NCBI GenBank assembly: GCA_009103225.1
Contig: RHPI01002910.1
Location: 376,579 to 440,578 of the forward strand
Direction: 5' to 3'
Origin: Chlorokybus atmophyticus
Taxonomy: Eukaryota > Plantae > Mesostigma and Chlorokybus algae
DNA: 64,000 bases
Shown here: positions 62,238 through 64,000 of the stretch, one piece after another
How the letters are laid out: each line of letters starts with the position of its first letter
How positions within the stretch are numbered: the first letter of the stretch is position 1
Position numbers and translations under genes: made by a program
The notes under the pieces: model-generated
Seen by the model: only the letters and a program-made list of their open reading frames with translations
Databases searched by the model: none
What the model was told of the DNA's origin: nothing

Positions 62238-64000
62238 GAGGTCGCCGCCGGCGCCAGGGTGTGCCAATTTTTAAAAAAAATGCGCGTCCCGCCGCCAACA
62301 GCATCACCAGAGTCACGCACGTCTCGCCAGATAACAGAAAATCACACATCGTCACATGCCGCGTAGCACACGGCACATCACACAAATTCACATCGAAGCA
62401 CATATGCCCTGCGGCCATGATAGATAGCGCAGCACTCGAAATCACACGAGTTCACCCGTGAATATCACACAGTGGCACATATATGCACATCAGTATCCAC
62501 GCCACACAACGGTCCAAACGTCATCCACACCATCCAAAGGCCAAAACACAGCAACGGCGGATGCCTAATGACCCCTCCACACGCGTCCGGGGCGATTCAG
62601 CTGGCAAGCAGCTTGCATTGTAGTTATCCGCGCTTGCGGACATACCAATGGAATTTGATGAGCTGTCGTTGTTGGTGCTGCGGTCCAGCTAGGGGCGGCG
62701 GCGGCGGCGGCGGTGGTGCGGGCGAGAGCGGTGGGTTGTTTGTTGAGGCCTAATGCGCTGCTTCTAGCAGCCAAAGCGATTATGAAAACGTAGCATTGCT
62801 GCTGTAGTCTTTCTGCAAGCATGCGCAGTGTTGCAGCGGCCGCTGCTACTGCTGGCTCTGTTGTTGATGTTGCGGCTGTTTTGGCTTGCTAACAGTGAGG
62901 TTGAAATGGGTGAAGCTCTTGTTTGACATCTCTTGTGTGACTGTCAGCAACTGTTCTTGCTGTTGTAAGTGCTGCTTCTTCAGGTGTCCCGTGCATGAGG
63001 TGTTGCTTTGGCATGCGTTTGCTTTGGCATGCGTTTGCTTTGTAAATAATTGATGAATTTGCTGGTGTACTACTATGGTTGTGGTTGTGAAGCATACATG
63101 TCTTTCAGCTTGTACAGCTAGACCAAGTCAGTAGCTAGTCGCTGCTAGTTTGGTCACGAGTTCTTAGTTAGTGCAACCGCGCATGCATGTTAACTTACAA
63201 GCAGAAGCTGCGTGCCTTGTGCTCGCAGCTGTGCATTGCCCAAATCAACTGGTCCTTGCCGCATTTTTGAAGTCTTGCATGATCACTACAGTGCAAGCTG
63301 ATATGCAAATTCATGCAAATGGTTGCTCAAGTGAAGTGCTGCCAACCAGAAGCTGCTTGGTGGAGAAAGCGTGGATGGTGCCTTCACCGAGCAGCTGGCA
63401 TGCAACGCCTGCTTGAAGGTGCCGTGAGAGTAAGCATGTGTGCTTGAAATACACCCACACAAAGCTTGCTGTCGTGCATGTGTGTGCGCATGGTTATACG
63501 TGTGTATGCATGTATGCTTGGTTCGTTCATGTGTGTGCATGCGCGTGCCTATGCGTGTGTACACATGACTGTTTGAGCACGTACACACACATGTGGTTAA
63601 GACAGTCACAGGTGATCCGGAGCGTTACTGTTGGCGGGTGGAGCCCAATGCTGCTCTACTCAGGGCGCGGGACTGGGGGCGCTGCAAGTAGGTGCACCTG
63701 CTGGACCTAAGGTGAGCGGAGGGGGGGGGGAGCCATCCCTGCCCTTTAGGATACGCTCCACCTGCGTAGTTTACAGGCATGTTGTAGTGGCATCAGAAGC
63801 CACTATTCACGGCAGCGCGTCTGCAAGCCTGTAGTTTGGGGCTACAGCATTCTTAATTTGCTAGTACTTGAATTCAGAGTGCTCACCGTAAGCAACAAGG
63901 TATGCGAGGCGGTTAACTGCACTGTCAGCTGCCGGCGATCAGGTGTAGTGACAGCGTAAGACCAACATTGCACGATCAATTGCCAGAATATGGGATTGCC

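Noticed and set aside
54950-62650. Exact TIRs and TSD for the Academ element
   Set aside because: Only diffuse inverted similarity (GTGTGA versus TCACAC tracts, CAACGG.CCAAA) was found, so the ends cannot be placed.
1-64000. CRISPR array, tRNA, rRNA or snRNA genes
   Set aside because: No repeat-spacer array or recognisable structural RNA was seen. The 93-bp repeats have no unique spacers.
62600-64000. Possible further gene fragments at the window end
   Set aside because: Frames are stop-ridden or low complexity with no recognisable domain.

Overview
Eukaryotic, intron-rich nuclear DNA from a green photosynthetic organism (psaK, DUF3082, starch phosphorylase). It is a green alga; an early-diverging streptophyte is possible but cannot be shown here. 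The standard genetic code is used. The first ~39 kb is gene-dense with 11 spliced genes: Zn-ADH, Der/EngA GTPase, V-ATPase H, an RBM7-like RRM protein, an unusual RNase HI-GRF-HARP-like fusion, tubulin cofactor C, PsaK, DUF3082, ATP12, alpha-glucan phosphorylase and NF-YC. Eight of these form four head-to-head pairs, and at least three GC-AG introns are present. From ~39.6 kb on it is a nested transposon island. It holds a probable Penelope-like 3' fragment and a decayed Ty3/Gypsy element whose pol carries a C5-cytosine methyltransferase in frame with RT plus a C-terminal PHD finger. An intact hAT element (TIRs, 8-bp TSD) is inserted into that Gypsy integrase. Next come Ty1/Copia remnants with a solo-LTR-like insertion, and a decayed, spliced Academ-type DNA transposon (DDE + XPG-like + Cys-rich finger) spanning an assembly gap. 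All family assignments are from motif recognition by eye; no database searches were run.
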